The notes beneath the pieces were generated by a model. The model searched no databases, had not been told where the DNA came from, and worked only from the letters and a program-made list of their open reading frames with translations. A stretch of DNA of 64,000 nt from Clostridia bacterium (GTDB lineage: Bacteria; Bacillota; Clostridia; Oscillospirales; CAG-272). Numbering within the stretch: position 1 is the stretch's first letter; each line of letters opens with the position of its first letter. The stretch is from positions 18,453 to 82,452 of the forward strand of contig JAFWYJ010000040.1 of NCBI GenBank assembly GCA_017517745.1, given 5' to 3'. The position numbers and the translations under genes were made by a program. This document shows, one piece after another, positions 34,715 through 44,602 of this stretch.

Positions 34715-35857
34715 ATGAACAAACGGATATTTGCTCTTTTCCTCGCGCTCCTTCTGTCGCTGACTGCGCTTGTGAGCTGTGGCGGTCTGGGCTTTTCCGA
34801 TTTTCCGTACGGAGAATCTGGAACGGATGGACAGAAAACCGAACCGCAGGAAACAGAACCGCAAGAAACCGATGCCCCCCAAGTTGGAAACGGGTCAATC
34901 GAGTCAAGCTTTGCGGTGCATTTCATTGACGTGGGACAAGCCGACGCGGCACTCATTCGATGCACGGGCAAAACCATGCTCATCGACGGCGGAAACAAAG
35001 AGGACTCCGATCTGATCTATACCTATTTGAAAAAGCAAGGGATCACGCATCTTGACTACGTGGTCTGCACACACGCGCACGAGGATCACGTGGGCGGACT
35101 TTCGGGTGCGCTGACCGCGGTGGAGAGCGTCGGACACGTGCTTTCTCCCGTGACAGATTACGACAGCCGGGCGTTTCGTGATTTTGTCACCAAGACCGAG
35201 GCGCACGGCCGCACTCTTGAGATCCCGCGCGCGGGAGAAAGCTTTTTGCTGGGAGATGCCACGGTGACGGTGCTCGGACCCGTGAAGGCGTACGACGAAA
35301 CCAACGACACCTCGATCGTTTTGCGTGTGGTTTACGGCGAAACGTCCTTCCTTTTCACGGGAGACATGGAGGGCCCTGCAGAGACAGATCTGATCGAATC
35401 CGGCGCATCTCTGAAGTCCACGGTACTCAAGGTTGGACATCACGGAAGCTCCACCTCCACGTCCTACCGCTTTTTGCGCGAGGTCGCGCCAAGTCATGCC
35501 GTGATCTCGGTGGGGAAGGACAATCAGTATGACCACCCGAACGAAGAGGTGCTCTCAAGACTCCGCGACGCCGAGGTCAAGCTCTACCGCACCGACCTGC
35601 AAGGCGACGTGATCTGTGTGAGCGACGGCAAAAACGTCAGCTTTACAACTGCCAAAAATTCGGATATTCAAACCAATCCCACCGAAAATGACAAAACCCC
35701 ATCGGGGGAGATGCAATATATCGGCAACAAAAACTCCAAGGTCTACCATCTGCCGACCTGCTCGAGTCTGCCGAACGAAGAAAACCGAGTGCTGTTGTCC
35801 ACCAAAGAGGAGGCAGAGCAAGAGGGATATCGTGCCTGCGGCAGATGTCACCCTTGA
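34715..35857 (+). CDS. Secreted/lipoprotein MBL-fold hydrolase (ComEC/Rec2-related beta-lactamase domain) with a C-terminal Ada-like Cys4 motif
   Basis: A lipobox-like LVSCGG is present. The MBL motif is THAHEDHVGG, and GHHGS also occurs. The C-terminus is YHLPTCSSL...GYRACGRCHP. Confidence 0.75.
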   Translation: MNKRIFALFLALLLSLTALVSCGGLGFSDFPYGESGTDGQKTEPQETEPQETDAPQVGNGSIESSFAVHFIDVGQADAALIRCTGKTMLIDGGNKEDSDLIYTYLKKQGITHLDYVVCTHAHEDHVGGLSGALTAVESVGHVLSPVTDYDSRAFRDFVTKTEAHGRTLEIPRAGESFLLGDATVTVLGPVKAYDETNDTSIVLRVVYGETSFLFTGDMEGPAETDLIESGASLKSTVLKVGHHGSSTSTSYRFLREVAPSHAVISVGKDNQYDHPNEEVLSRLRDAEVKLYRTDLQGDVICVSDGKNVSFTTAKNSDIQTNPTENDKTPSGEMQYIGNKNSKVYHLPTCSSLPNEENRVLLSTKEEAEQEGYRACGRCHP

Positions 35858-35893
35858 TTTGATAAAAATTTCTATATTATTTTTCAAAACCTA

Positions 35894-35922
35894 TTGACTT
35901 TATCGCTTTAGTGTGTTATCAT
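35894..35922 (+). promoter_or_regulatory. Sigma-A promoter (extended -10) for the hisR-his operon
   Basis: TTGACT (35894-35899), 17-nt spacer ending in TGt, TATCAT (35917-35922). Confidence 0.55.
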
Positions 35923-35931
35923 ATTAAAGCG
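35904..35931. promoter_or_regulatory. Inverted repeat spanning the -10 box; candidate operator for the YerC/HisR-like regulator
   Basis: CGCTTTA (35904-35910) and TAAAGCG (35925-35931) are exact reverse complements. They bracket the -10 hexamer. Confidence 0.3.
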
Positions 35932-35970
35932 TTAAAGTGCAGAAGTAGAAAAGGAGCGGTTTTTGCAGAG

Positions 35971-36261
35971 ATGGAAATGCATGAAAATCAAGATATTCGT
36001 CTGTTATATCAGGCGTTGCTGGCACTCGAGACAGAAGAGGAATGTGCCGCATTTTTGGAGGATTTGATGACGAGAAAGGAGCTGTGCGACGTGGCACAGC
36101 GTCTCGCGGTTGCCAAGATGCTGTCTGCGCAGGCTGTTTACAGCAAGATCGTCGAGGAGACGGGTGCAAGCACCGCAACGATCAGCCGCGTCAACCGTTG
36201 CTGTAATTACGGAACGGGCGGCTACGCGAAAATTTTGGAACGGATCGGAGAAAAGAAATGA
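35971..36261 (+). CDS. hisR: YerC/YecD-family TrpR-like DNA-binding protein (predicted histidine regulator HisR)
   Basis: EEECAAFLEDLMTRKELCDVAQRLAVAKML...ETGASTATISRVNRC matches the YerC/TrpR-like pattern. Its stop overlaps the hisZ start (ATGA at 36258-36261). Confidence 0.7.
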   Translation: MEMHENQDIRLLYQALLALETEEECAAFLEDLMTRKELCDVAQRLAVAKMLSAQAVYSKIVEETGASTATISRVNRCCNYGTGGYAKILERIGEKK

Positions 36262-37211
36262 ATTTTTCTATCGACGTGCTGAGAAACGAAGAGAAGGCAC
36301 TTTACAGCCTCCGCCAACTTTATATGCAGCACGGATACGCGCGCTACAAGGTCAGCAAATTTGAGGAATATGACCTTTATGCCGGTAACAAAAGCTTTTT
36401 GATCAGTGAGAACATCCTGACCTTCACCGACACCAACGGAAAGCTGATGGCACTCAAGCCCGACGTCACGCTCTCGATCGTCAAAAACGTTCGCAGTGAC
36501 GTCACCGACACTCATAAGGTCTATTACAATGAAAACGTCTACCGTACGTCCGGCGGGACCGACGGCTTCCGCGAGATCATGCAGACGGGACTTGAATACA
36601 TCGGACGCGTTGATGACGCGGCGGTCGGAGAGGTGCTGACGCTGGCGCAAAAGAGCCTTGCGATGATCAGCGACGACTATATCCTCGACCTTTCTCACAT
36701 GGGCTTTGTGACGGGGCTTCTGGAGGTTGCGGGCGTGAATGAAGAGGATGAGGCGCGTTTGCTTTCTCTGGTGGAGAGCAAGAACGTCTCCGCCATTCGC
36801 AGTCTGTGTGCCGAGTACGGCGTTTCGGAGGCGCATACCGACGCGCTTTGCGAGATCACGAGTCTGTACGAGCCGCTCAAGACCGCGCTGCCCAAGATCC
36901 GCGGCTTTGTCAGCGGCGAGAAGATGCAGGAGGCTTACGCGCAGCTTTGCGCACTTGCTGAGATCCTTGAGAGGGACGGAGATCCTTCACGGCTGTATCT
37001 TGATTTTTCGATCGTGAACGATATGAATTATTACGACGGCATTATTTTCCGCGGTTTCATCAACGGCATTCCCGACGGCATTCTTTCGGGCGGACGCTAC
37101 GACAAGCTGCTCTCGCGCATGGGAAAGCGAAGCGGCGCGATCGGTTTTGCGGTCTATCTCGACATGCTGGAGCGTCTGGAGATCGCCGCGGCAGGCGAGA
37201 GGGAGGAGTGA
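36258..37211 (+). CDS. hisZ: ATP phosphoribosyltransferase regulatory subunit
   Basis: A HisRS-like paralog lacking the anticodon domain (LRQLYMQHGYARYKVSKFEEYDLY). It sits directly before a short-form hisG. Confidence 0.85.
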   Translation: MNFSIDVLRNEEKALYSLRQLYMQHGYARYKVSKFEEYDLYAGNKSFLISENILTFTDTNGKLMALKPDVTLSIVKNVRSDVTDTHKVYYNENVYRTSGGTDGFREIMQTGLEYIGRVDDAAVGEVLTLAQKSLAMISDDYILDLSHMGFVTGLLEVAGVNEEDEARLLSLVESKNVSAIRSLCAEYGVSEAHTDALCEITSLYEPLKTALPKIRGFVSGEKMQEAYAQLCALAEILERDGDPSRLYLDFSIVNDMNYYDGIIFRGFINGIPDGILSGGRYDKLLSRMGKRSGAIGFAVYLDMLERLEIAAAGEREE

Positions 37212-37215
37212 GACG

Positions 37216-37851
37216 GTGAAAAACATGATCAATATCGCCCTCCCCAAGGGCAGACTCGGCGAGAAGGCATATGCCATTTTTGAAAAAGCCGGCTATGAGT
37301 GTCCTTCGATCCGCGAGGAAAACCGCAAGCTGATTTTTGAGAACCCCGAAAAGGGCGTGCGTTACTTCTGGGTGAAGCCATCCGACGTGGTGATCTACGT
37401 CGAGCGAGGCGCCGCCGACGTCGGAATCGCGGGCAAGGATATTATTCTGGAATATAGCCCGAATATTTACGAGCTTGCCGATCTCGGCATCGGAAAATGC
37501 CGCATGGCAGTGGCTTGCAAGCAGGATTTTTGTGACAACCGCGAGCGCACGTTGCGCGTGGCAACCAAATTTCCGCACATTGCGCGAACCTATTACAACG
37601 GCATCAGCCGTGAGATCGACATCATCAAGCTCAACGGCTCGATCGAGCTCGCTCCCATCCTCGGACTCTCCGACGTGATCGTCGACATCGTGGAGACGGG
37701 AAAAACGCTTTTGGAGAACGATCTTGAGCCGCGCGAGACGATCGTTGACATCAGCGCAAGGCTGGTGGCGAACAAGGTCGCTTACAAATTCAAAAACCAA
37801 GAAATCCGCAAGCTTTGCGAGGACGTGGAAGCACTGCTTCGCGAAGATTGA
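37216..37851 (+). CDS. hisG: ATP phosphoribosyltransferase (short form)
   Basis: INIALPKGRL and VDIVETGKTL are present. The GTG at 37216 is 7 nt after GGGAGGAG; the ATG at 37225 is an alternative start. Confidence 0.85.
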   Translation: MKNMINIALPKGRLGEKAYAIFEKAGYECPSIREENRKLIFENPEKGVRYFWVKPSDVVIYVERGAADVGIAGKDIILEYSPNIYELADLGIGKCRMAVACKQDFCDNRERTLRVATKFPHIARTYYNGISREIDIIKLNGSIELAPILGLSDVIVDIVETGKTLLENDLEPRETIVDISARLVANKVAYKFKNQEIRKLCEDVEALLRED

Positions 37852-37866
37852 GAAAAGGACAGAACC

Positions 37867-39147
37867 ATGATCAGTATTTACAAATACGGAGAAGTTGAAA
37901 ACGATAAAATATTTGCGCGCGTCACACCTGAGATCGACGTGACTGCGGTGGTGTCCGGCATCATTGCCGACGTCAGAGAACGGGGAGATGCGGCGCTTTT
38001 GGATTATTGCGAGAAGTTTGACAAGGTCAGACTTGCCTCGCTTGAGGTGAGTGCCGCGGAGATCGAGGAGGCGTTTGCTTCGGTGGATGCCGAGCTGATC
38101 CGCGTGATGAAGATGGCAGCGGAGAATATCCACGCTTTCCACAAAAGACAGGTGCGCAACGGCTTTGTCATCGACGAGGTCGAGGGCGTTGTCATGGGAC
38201 AGCGCGTCACTCCGATCGACCGCGTGGGACTCTACGTTCCCGGCGGCACGGCGGCATACCCTTCGTCGGTGCTGATGAATTCAATTCCCGCAAAGATCGC
38301 GGGATGCGGCACGATCGTGATGGTCACGCCCCCCATGAAGGACGGCAAGATCAATCCCGCCATTCTGGCGGCGGCAAAGATCGCGGGCGTGGACCGCATC
38401 TTCAAGGTCGGCGGCGCGCAGGCGGTTGCGGCATTGGCTTACGGCACCGAAACGGTTCCCGAGGTTGACAAGATCGTCGGACCCGGAAACGCCTTCGTTG
38501 CCGAGGCGAAGAAGCAGGTCTTCGGAAAGGTCGCGATCGATATGATCGCGGGACCGAGTGAGATCCTCGTGGTCGCAGACGGCACTTGTGATGCCGACGT
38601 CGTCGCGGCGGATCTGCTGTCTCAGGCGGAGCACGACAGGCTGGCGAGCGCGGTGCTGGTCACCAACAGCGAACGGCTGGCGCAGGAGGTCAGCGAGGCG
38701 CTGGAGCGTCAGATCCCGCAGCTTTCCCGCAGTGAGATCGCGCGCGCTTCGATCGACAACAACGGCAAGATCATCGTCGCAAGCGACCTGGAATGTGCCA
38801 TTGAGATTGCAAACGAGATCGCGCCCGAGCATTTGGAGCTTTGCGTTGACAATCCCTTCGATTACCTCAGCCGTGTGCGTCACGCGGGGTCGATCTTCAT
38901 GGGCAAGCACTGTCCCGAGGCACTCGGAGACTATCTCGCGGGTCCCAACCACACGCTTCCCACGAGCGGTACGGCAAGGTTCTCGAGTCCTTTGTCGGTC
39001 GATGATTTCGTGAAGAAGTCGCAGTTTACTTACTTTACCGCCGACGCGCTTTCCAAGGTTGCCGACGACGTGGCGCTCTTTGCCACGAAGGAGGGATTGA
39101 CCGCGCACGCCGCAAGTGCCGTGGCAAGAAAGGGAAGTGTCAAATGA
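37867..39147 (+). CDS. hisD: Histidinol dehydrogenase
   Basis: [18 protein letters not shown] and PNHTLPT blocks are present. The protein is 426 aa. Confidence 0.9.
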   Translation: MISIYKYGEVENDKIFARVTPEIDVTAVVSGIIADVRERGDAALLDYCEKFDKVRLASLEVSAAEIEEAFASVDAELIRVMKMAAENIHAFHKRQVRNGFVIDEVEGVVMGQRVTPIDRVGLYVPGGTAAYPSSVLMNSIPAKIAGCGTIVMVTPPMKDGKINPAILAAAKIAGVDRIFKVGGAQAVAALAYGTETVPEVDKIVGPGNAFVAEAKKQVFGKVAIDMIAGPSEILVVADGTCDADVVAADLLSQAEHDRLASAVLVTNSERLAQEVSEALERQIPQLSRSEIARASIDNNGKIIVASDLECAIEIANEIAPEHLELCVDNPFDYLSRVRHAGSIFMGKHCPEALGDYLAGPNHTLPTSGTARFSSPLSVDDFVKKSQFTYFTADALSKVADDVALFATKEGLTAHAASAVARKGSVK

Positions 39148-40223
39148 GTCGATTTTTGGCGGAGCGGTACGCGTCCTTGGAGGCTTATACCCCCGGAGAG
39201 CAGCCTACCGACATGAAATATATCAAGCTGAACACCAACGAGTCGCCTTTTCCGCCCTCTCCCGCCGTCATTCGTGCGATCTCGGAGGAAAGCGTGCGCG
39301 CGTTGCGGCTTTATCCCGATCCCGAGTGCGGCGCGCTGAAGGCGGCGCTGGCAGAGCACTTTGGCTTTGAGAAACGGAATATTTTCGTTTCCAACGGCTC
39401 GGACGACATTCTCAACTTCTCCTTCATGGCGTTCTGCGACGGGAAGAAGTGCGGCGTCGCGTTCCCCGAGATCAGCTACGGATTTTATCAGGTTTATGCC
39501 GATCTTTACGGCGTGGATGCAAAAAAGATTCCGCTGGCATCGGATTTTTCGGTGCGTGCCGAGGATTATCTGAACGTCGGAAGAACGGTGGTCATCGCCA
39601 ATCCGAACGCGCCGACCGGCATCGCGCTTTCCAAGAATGAGATCGAACGGATCGTGGCGAGCAACCCCGACCATATCGTGCTGATCGACGAAGCCTATGT
39701 CGATTTCGGCGCCGAGAGCGCAGTGGAGCTGGTACACAAATATGATAACCTGCTCGTCGTGCGGACCTATTCCAAGTCCTATTCCTTGGCAGGCGGACGC
39801 TTGGGATTTGCCATCGGATCTGAGGCGTTGATCGACGATCTCAATCGCATCAAATATTCCACCAATCCCTACAACGTCAACCGTCTGACCCTGCTTGCGG
39901 GTGTCGCGGCGATGGAGGAGCACGATTATTATATGAATCACTGCCGCACGATCGAGGCAAACCGCGCCTATACGACCGATGCGCTGACCGCCCTCGGCTT
40001 TGAGGTGCTTCCGTCACGTGCAAACTTCGTATTCGCGCGTTCTCCCCGCATCGGTGGCGAGCAATTGTACTTGGAGCTGAAGCGGCGAGGCATTCTGGTC
40101 CGCCATTTCAAGACCGAGAGCATTCGGGAGTTCAACCGTATCACGATCGGTACGTTGGACGAAATGAAGAGCCTCGTGGCGGCGGTCGAGGAGATCCTCA
40201 CGGCTACGGGCGCAAACGATTGA
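39144..40223 (+). CDS. hisC: Histidinol-phosphate aminotransferase
   Basis: A class II aminotransferase with YSKSYSLAGGRLG (PLP lysine). A 4-nt overlap joins it to hisD. Confidence 0.9.
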   Translation: MSRFLAERYASLEAYTPGEQPTDMKYIKLNTNESPFPPSPAVIRAISEESVRALRLYPDPECGALKAALAEHFGFEKRNIFVSNGSDDILNFSFMAFCDGKKCGVAFPEISYGFYQVYADLYGVDAKKIPLASDFSVRAEDYLNVGRTVVIANPNAPTGIALSKNEIERIVASNPDHIVLIDEAYVDFGAESAVELVHKYDNLLVVRTYSKSYSLAGGRLGFAIGSEALIDDLNRIKYSTNPYNVNRLTLLAGVAAMEEHDYYMNHCRTIEANRAYTTDALTALGFEVLPSRANFVFARSPRIGGEQLYLELKRRGILVRHFKTESIREFNRITIGTLDEMKSLVAAVEEILTATGAND

Positions 40224-40233
40224 AAGGAGTTTT

Positions 40234-40827
40234 ATGATGCCTTCTGCAGAAATTACACGTAAAACGGGTGAAACCGATATTCAATTGATCCTCAAGACCG
40301 ACGGCAACGGCACGTCGAAGATCACCACCGGCTGTGGTTTTCTCGATCACATGCTGACGCTGTTTGCCAAGCACGGCAGATTCGATCTCGAGCTGACCTG
40401 CAAGGGAGACACCGAGGTTGACTATCACCACAGCGTGGAGGACGTCGGCATTTGTCTTGGAAAAGCATTTCGCTTGGCGCTCGGCAACTGTGCCGGTATC
40501 GCGCGCTACGGCAGCATGCTGCTTCCGATGGACGAGGCGTTGGTGCTTTGCGCGGTCGATGTTTCGGGACGCGCATGCTTGGTCTGCAATTTGGAGATCC
40601 CCGCGCAAAAGGTGGGAGATTTTGATACCGAGCTGGTCGAGGAATTTCTGACGGCATTTGTGCGCGAGGCGGCGATTACCCTGCACGTGCGTCAGCTTAA
40701 CGGAAAGAATTCGCATCACATCATTGAGGCGGTGTTCAAGGCATTGGCACGCGCGTTGGCGATCGCGGTTACCGTTGATGCGGCAAGAGCCGGAGAGATT
40801 CCTTCGACAAAGGGAGTGCTGGTATGA
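40234..40827 (+). CDS. hisB: Imidazoleglycerol-phosphate dehydratase
   Basis: RKTGETDI, DYHHSVEDVGI and NSHHIIEAVFKALARAL are present. Confidence 0.9.
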   Translation: MMPSAEITRKTGETDIQLILKTDGNGTSKITTGCGFLDHMLTLFAKHGRFDLELTCKGDTEVDYHHSVEDVGICLGKAFRLALGNCAGIARYGSMLLPMDEALVLCAVDVSGRACLVCNLEIPAQKVGDFDTELVEEFLTAFVREAAITLHVRQLNGKNSHHIIEAVFKALARALAIAVTVDAARAGEIPSTKGVLV

Positions 40828-41435
40828 TCGCGATCGTTGACTACGGTGTCGGAAATCTCTTTTCCCTGGAAAGCTCCTTCCGTTGCATTGGAGAGAAAGC
40901 CGTCGTCACCTCCGACAGAGAGGTCATCCGACGTGCTGACCGCGTGATCCTGCCGGGAGTGGGCGCGTTTGAGGATGCTGCGCGAAAGCTTCGTGAGAGC
41001 GGACTTGACCGCGTGGTGATCGAGGAAGCAGAGAGCGGGAAGCCGCTTCTCGGCATCTGCCTCGGCATGCAGATGCTCTTTGAGCGGAGCTTTGAGTTTG
41101 GTGAGCATCAAGGACTTGGACTGATCAATGGCTCGGTCAAGGCGATCCGCGACGTGATCCCGACGGATCTGAAAATTCCGCACATCGGTTGGAATTCGCT
41201 TTCCTTCGGCAAGGAAAAAAGCCCCTTGTTCCGCTATCTGAACGAGGGAGATTACGTCTATTTCGTGCACTCTTTCTACGGTGCCGACTGTGACGAATCT
41301 GTCATCGCAACCACCGAGTACGGCGCGACGTTGACGGCGGCGGTTTCCAACAAAAACGTATACGGAACGCAGTTCCACCCCGAAAAGAGCGGAGAGGTTG
41401 GACTTGCGATCCTCCGCGCGTTTTGTGAGATGTAA
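40824..41435 (+). CDS. hisH: Imidazole glycerol phosphate synthase, glutamine amidotransferase subunit
   Basis: LPGVGAF, GICLGMQ and QFHPEKS form the triad context. Confidence 0.9.
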   Translation: MIAIVDYGVGNLFSLESSFRCIGEKAVVTSDREVIRRADRVILPGVGAFEDAARKLRESGLDRVVIEEAESGKPLLGICLGMQMLFERSFEFGEHQGLGLINGSVKAIRDVIPTDLKIPHIGWNSLSFGKEKSPLFRYLNEGDYVYFVHSFYGADCDESVIATTEYGATLTAAVSNKNVYGTQFHPEKSGEVGLAILRAFCEM

Positions 41436-41453
41436 GAGAAAGGACCTTTTTCG

Positions 41454-42182
41454 ATGATGAATATTTTTCCCGCAATCGACCTGATCGACGGCAAGGCGGT
41501 GCGCCTTGTACGAGGGGATTACAAGCAAATGACGGTCTACAGTGACGATCCCGTCGCCGTGGCGAAGAAATTCGCGGCGTGCGGCGCGAAATATCTCCAC
41601 GTCGTGGACCTGGAGGGCGCGAGAGACGGCTCTGTGCCGAATATTGAAACCGTCCGAAGACTGATCCGCGAGAGCGGACTTTTGGTGGAGATCGGCGGAG
41701 GCATCCGTTCGATGGAAACCGTGAAAACCTATATCGATGCAGGCGCGTTCCGTGTGATCATCGGAACTGCCGCGGTCACCGATCCGGCTTTTTTGGAGGA
41801 GGCGATCGCCGCTTACGGCGACAAGATCGCGGTTGGCGTTGACATTCGCGACGGCAAGGTGGCGATCAAGGGCTGGACCGAGGTGTCGGCGCTTGAGTGC
41901 TTCGATTTTTGTGCCGAGCTGCAGCGCAAGGGCGTTTCTTGCGTCATTTGCACCGACATTTCCAAGGATGGTCTTCTGGGAGGGACCAATTTAGCGCTCT
42001 ATTCCGAAATGGCAAAGCGCTTTTCGATCAACGTCACGGCGTCCGGCGGTGTTTCAAGCGCAAAGGACGTCAGAACGCTCGCCGGAATGGGACTTTACGG
42101 CGCCATTCTCGGCAAGGCACTTTATACGGGGGATCTGGATCTTTGCGATGCGTTGCGCGCGGCAGAGGAGGGAAGCGTATGA
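41454..42182 (+). CDS. hisA: 1-(5-phosphoribosyl)-5-[(5-phosphoribosylamino)methylideneamino]imidazole-4-carboxamide isomerase
   Basis: IFPAIDLIDGKAVRL and GGGIRS are present. The gene sits in the expected his-operon position. Confidence 0.9.
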   Translation: MMNIFPAIDLIDGKAVRLVRGDYKQMTVYSDDPVAVAKKFAACGAKYLHVVDLEGARDGSVPNIETVRRLIRESGLLVEIGGGIRSMETVKTYIDAGAFRVIIGTAAVTDPAFLEEAIAAYGDKIAVGVDIRDGKVAIKGWTEVSALECFDFCAELQRKGVSCVICTDISKDGLLGGTNLALYSEMAKRFSINVTASGGVSSAKDVRTLAGMGLYGAILGKALYTGDLDLCDALRAAEEGSV

Positions 42183-42955
42183 TCACAAAAAGAATCATTC
42201 CGTGTCTTGACGTCAAGGACGGACGCGTGGTCAAGGGCGTGAATTTCCTCGGGCTTGCCGACGTATCCTCTCCCGTCAAGCTTGCGCAGTTTTACAGTGA
42301 TAACGGCGCGGACGAGCTTGTTTTTTACGATATTACCGCGTCTGCGGAGGGCAGAGCGCTCTTCACCGACATTCTCCGCGAGGTCGCGAGCCATATTTTC
42401 ATTCCGCTCACGGTGGGCGGCGGCATCAATACGGTGGATGATTTTGACCGCGTGCTGAAATGCGGCGCGGACAAGGTCAGCGTCAACTCGGGCGCGATCC
42501 GCAATCCCGATCTCATTTACGATGCCGCGCGCAGATACGGCAGTCAGTGCGTCGTGCTTTCGGTCGATGCCAAGCGCGTGGACGGACGCTTTCGCGTTTT
42601 TGCCAAGGGCGGCAGAGAGAATACCGGCATGGATGCCATCGAATGGATCCGTCGCGGTGTGGAATCGGGTGCCGGAGAGATCGTGCTCAACAGCATCGAC
42701 ACCGACGGCGTCAAGCAGGGCTTTGACCTTGAGATGCTCGATGCCGTTTGCCAAGTGGTTGACGTTCCCGTCATCGCGTCGGGCGGTGCGGGCTGTCAGG
42801 AGGATTTCATCAAGCTGTTCCATGCGCTTCCCAAGGTGGACGCGGGACTTGCGGCATCGATCTTCCATTTTGGAGAGGTCGATATTCACGATCTCAAGAG
42901 AACCCTTCGACAGAACGGGATCGAGGTCAGAATGACACAGAATAAGGAGAATTGA
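42179..42955 (+). CDS. hisF: Imidazole glycerol phosphate synthase, cyclase subunit
   Basis: MITKRIIPCLDVKDGRVVKG is present. The ATG at 42179 overlaps the hisA stop. The upstream part of the track ORF (41897) is the +1 frame of hisA. Confidence 0.9.
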   Translation: MITKRIIPCLDVKDGRVVKGVNFLGLADVSSPVKLAQFYSDNGADELVFYDITASAEGRALFTDILREVASHIFIPLTVGGGINTVDDFDRVLKCGADKVSVNSGAIRNPDLIYDAARRYGSQCVVLSVDAKRVDGRFRVFAKGGRENTGMDAIEWIRRGVESGAGEIVLNSIDTDGVKQGFDLEMLDAVCQVVDVPVIASGGAGCQEDFIKLFHALPKVDAGLAASIFHFGEVDIHDLKRTLRQNGIEVRMTQNKEN

Positions 42956-42960
42956 GCGAG

Positions 42961-43611
42961 ATGCTGAATTTGGATGAATTGAAATTTGATGAAAAGGGCT
43001 TGATCCCCGCAGTGGTGGTCGATGCCGAGAGCCGTAAGGTGCTCACCGTGGCGTATATGAACCGCGAGTCTTTGGAGATCAGCATGAAGGAGGGCACGAC
43101 CTGCTTCTGGTCGCGCTCGAGACAGGAGCTTTGGAGAAAGGGCGAGACGTCCGGAAACCGTCAGCACATCGTCAGCATTACGGCGGATTGTGACCGCGAC
43201 GCGCTGACCGTGCTGGTGAAGAAGGACGGCCCCGCATGCCATACGGGCGCGGATTCCTGCTTCAACGATCTCGTTTATGAAAACGAGGAGCTGACTCCCT
43301 TCAGCTTGGAAGGCTTGATGGAGCTGATCCGCGGACGCAAAATCGAGAAAAAAGAGGGTTCTTACACGACCTATCTCTTTGAAAAAGGCATTGACAAGAT
43401 CCTCAAAAAGGTCGGTGAGGAATGCACCGAGGTCATCATCGCGGGCAAGGCGGATGACAAGGCAGAGACGGTCTACGAGATCTCCGACCTCGTGTATCAC
43501 GTCATGGTGCTGATGATCGAAATGGGCATCTCGCTGGAGGATATTCACAACGAGCTTGCCTCGCGTCACGTCATTGACCACAAGGTCAAGCAGGAGAAGA
43601 TGACGAAATGA
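42961..43611 (+). CDS. hisIE: Bifunctional phosphoribosyl-AMP cyclohydrolase / phosphoribosyl-ATP pyrophosphatase
   Basis: GLIPAVVVD...WSRSRQELWRKGETSGN is the HisI part. EECTEVIIA...ISDLVYHVMVLM is the HisE part. The ATG at 42961 is 10 nt after AAGGAGA; the TTG at 42952 is an alternative start. Confidence 0.9.
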   Translation: MLNLDELKFDEKGLIPAVVVDAESRKVLTVAYMNRESLEISMKEGTTCFWSRSRQELWRKGETSGNRQHIVSITADCDRDALTVLVKKDGPACHTGADSCFNDLVYENEELTPFSLEGLMELIRGRKIEKKEGSYTTYLFEKGIDKILKKVGEECTEVIIAGKADDKAETVYEISDLVYHVMVLMIEMGISLEDIHNELASRHVIDHKVKQEKMTK

Positions 43612-44420
43612 TCCCGACCTGTAATTTGCACGCGCACACCACCTTTTGCGACGGAAAAAACACCGCGGAGGAGATGGTGCGGGGCGCGATCGCGCTTGGT
43701 TGTACCACACTCGGTCTTTCGGGACATTCTCCCCTATCCTTTGCCGATTGGTGTATGAAGGACAGTGATCTCGATGCCTACCGTCAAGAGATCGCGCGGC
43801 TTCGCAAGCAATACGAGGGGCAGATTGAGCTGCTCTGCGGCATTGAATATGACATCCTTTCCACTTGCTCCACCGAGGGCTACGATTATATCATCGGCTC
43901 GGTTCACCACGTCGTGCGCGAGGGGATCTATCTCCCCGTGGACGGTTCGATCAAAATGGTGGTCGAGGGCGTCGAGCAGTTGTTCGGAAACGACTATATC
44001 GCCTATGCACGCGCGTATTATGAGCAGATGTACGATCTCTGTGACCGCACCAAGTGCGACATCGTGGGGCATTTTGATCTTTTGACCAAGCACAACGAAA
44101 ATGACGAGCTGTTTGACACGGGCGACCGACGCTACCGTCAAACCGCTCTTGAGGCGTTGGATGATCTTTTGGAGCAGGACAAGATCCTCGAGCTGAACAC
44201 GGGTGCCATCTCGCGCGGCTACCGCACGACACCCTATCCCGCGCCCTTCCTTCTGCGCTACATTGCCGAGAAAAAGGGAAGAGTGATGATCAACAGCGAC
44301 AGCCATGCCGCCGACACGATTCTGTTTGCCTATGCGGAGGCGGTCGAATACGCCAAGAGCTGCGGCATCCGCGAGCTTACCGTCTACCAAAACGGCGGAT
44401 TTGACGTGATTGGAATTTAA
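43608..44420 (+). CDS. hisJ: PHP-family histidinol phosphatase
   Basis: NLHAHTTFCDG is the N-terminal PHP motif, and GHFD and NSDSH are also present. It is the last gene of the his operon. Confidence 0.85.
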   Translation: MIPTCNLHAHTTFCDGKNTAEEMVRGAIALGCTTLGLSGHSPLSFADWCMKDSDLDAYRQEIARLRKQYEGQIELLCGIEYDILSTCSTEGYDYIIGSVHHVVREGIYLPVDGSIKMVVEGVEQLFGNDYIAYARAYYEQMYDLCDRTKCDIVGHFDLLTKHNENDELFDTGDRRYRQTALEALDDLLEQDKILELNTGAISRGYRTTPYPAPFLLRYIAEKKGRVMINSDSHAADTILFAYAEAVEYAKSCGIRELTVYQNGGFDVIGI

Positions 44421-44435
44421 GAGAAAATCGTTTTT

Positions 44436-44497
44436 GTGGGGGAGGAGAACTTCTTGAAAGAAGATTCTCCTCCCCCACGCCCCCTTCTCTCAAGAAC
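44436..44497. repeat. Palindromic repeat, copy 3 (hairpin B variant plus flank)
   Basis: The hairpin is GTGGGGGAGGAGAACTTCTT...AAGAAGATTCTCCTCCCCCAC, followed by GCCCCCTTCTCTCAAGAAC. The stem carries paired substitutions relative to the other copies. Confidence 0.75.
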
Positions 44498-44602
44498 TTT
44501 TCGCACAAAAAGGAAATAAACGAAATCGTTTGTCTGTGTGCTCATCCAAACGTGTCGATTCCTAGAAAAACGGATCCGATTGTGTTTCCTTTTATATAAA
44601 AG

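Noticed and set aside
33083-34882. A 599-aa minus-strand ORF opposite prfC
   Set aside because: prfC is unambiguous on the plus strand, and the antisense ORF shows the same artefactual composition. The same reasoning rejects 45610-47865 (opposite the ABC/FtsX gene), 48342-49238, 49811-50941, 52176-53690, 37060-38142, 39030-39941, 40716-41600, 42886-43710 and 61790-63160.
41897-42178. A 94-codon N-terminal extension of hisF in the track ORF 41897-42955
   Set aside because: The extension overlaps hisA in another frame and is Arg/Gly-rich nonsense. The canonical HisF N-terminus MITKRIIPCLDV starts at 42179 with an ATGA overlap to the hisA stop.
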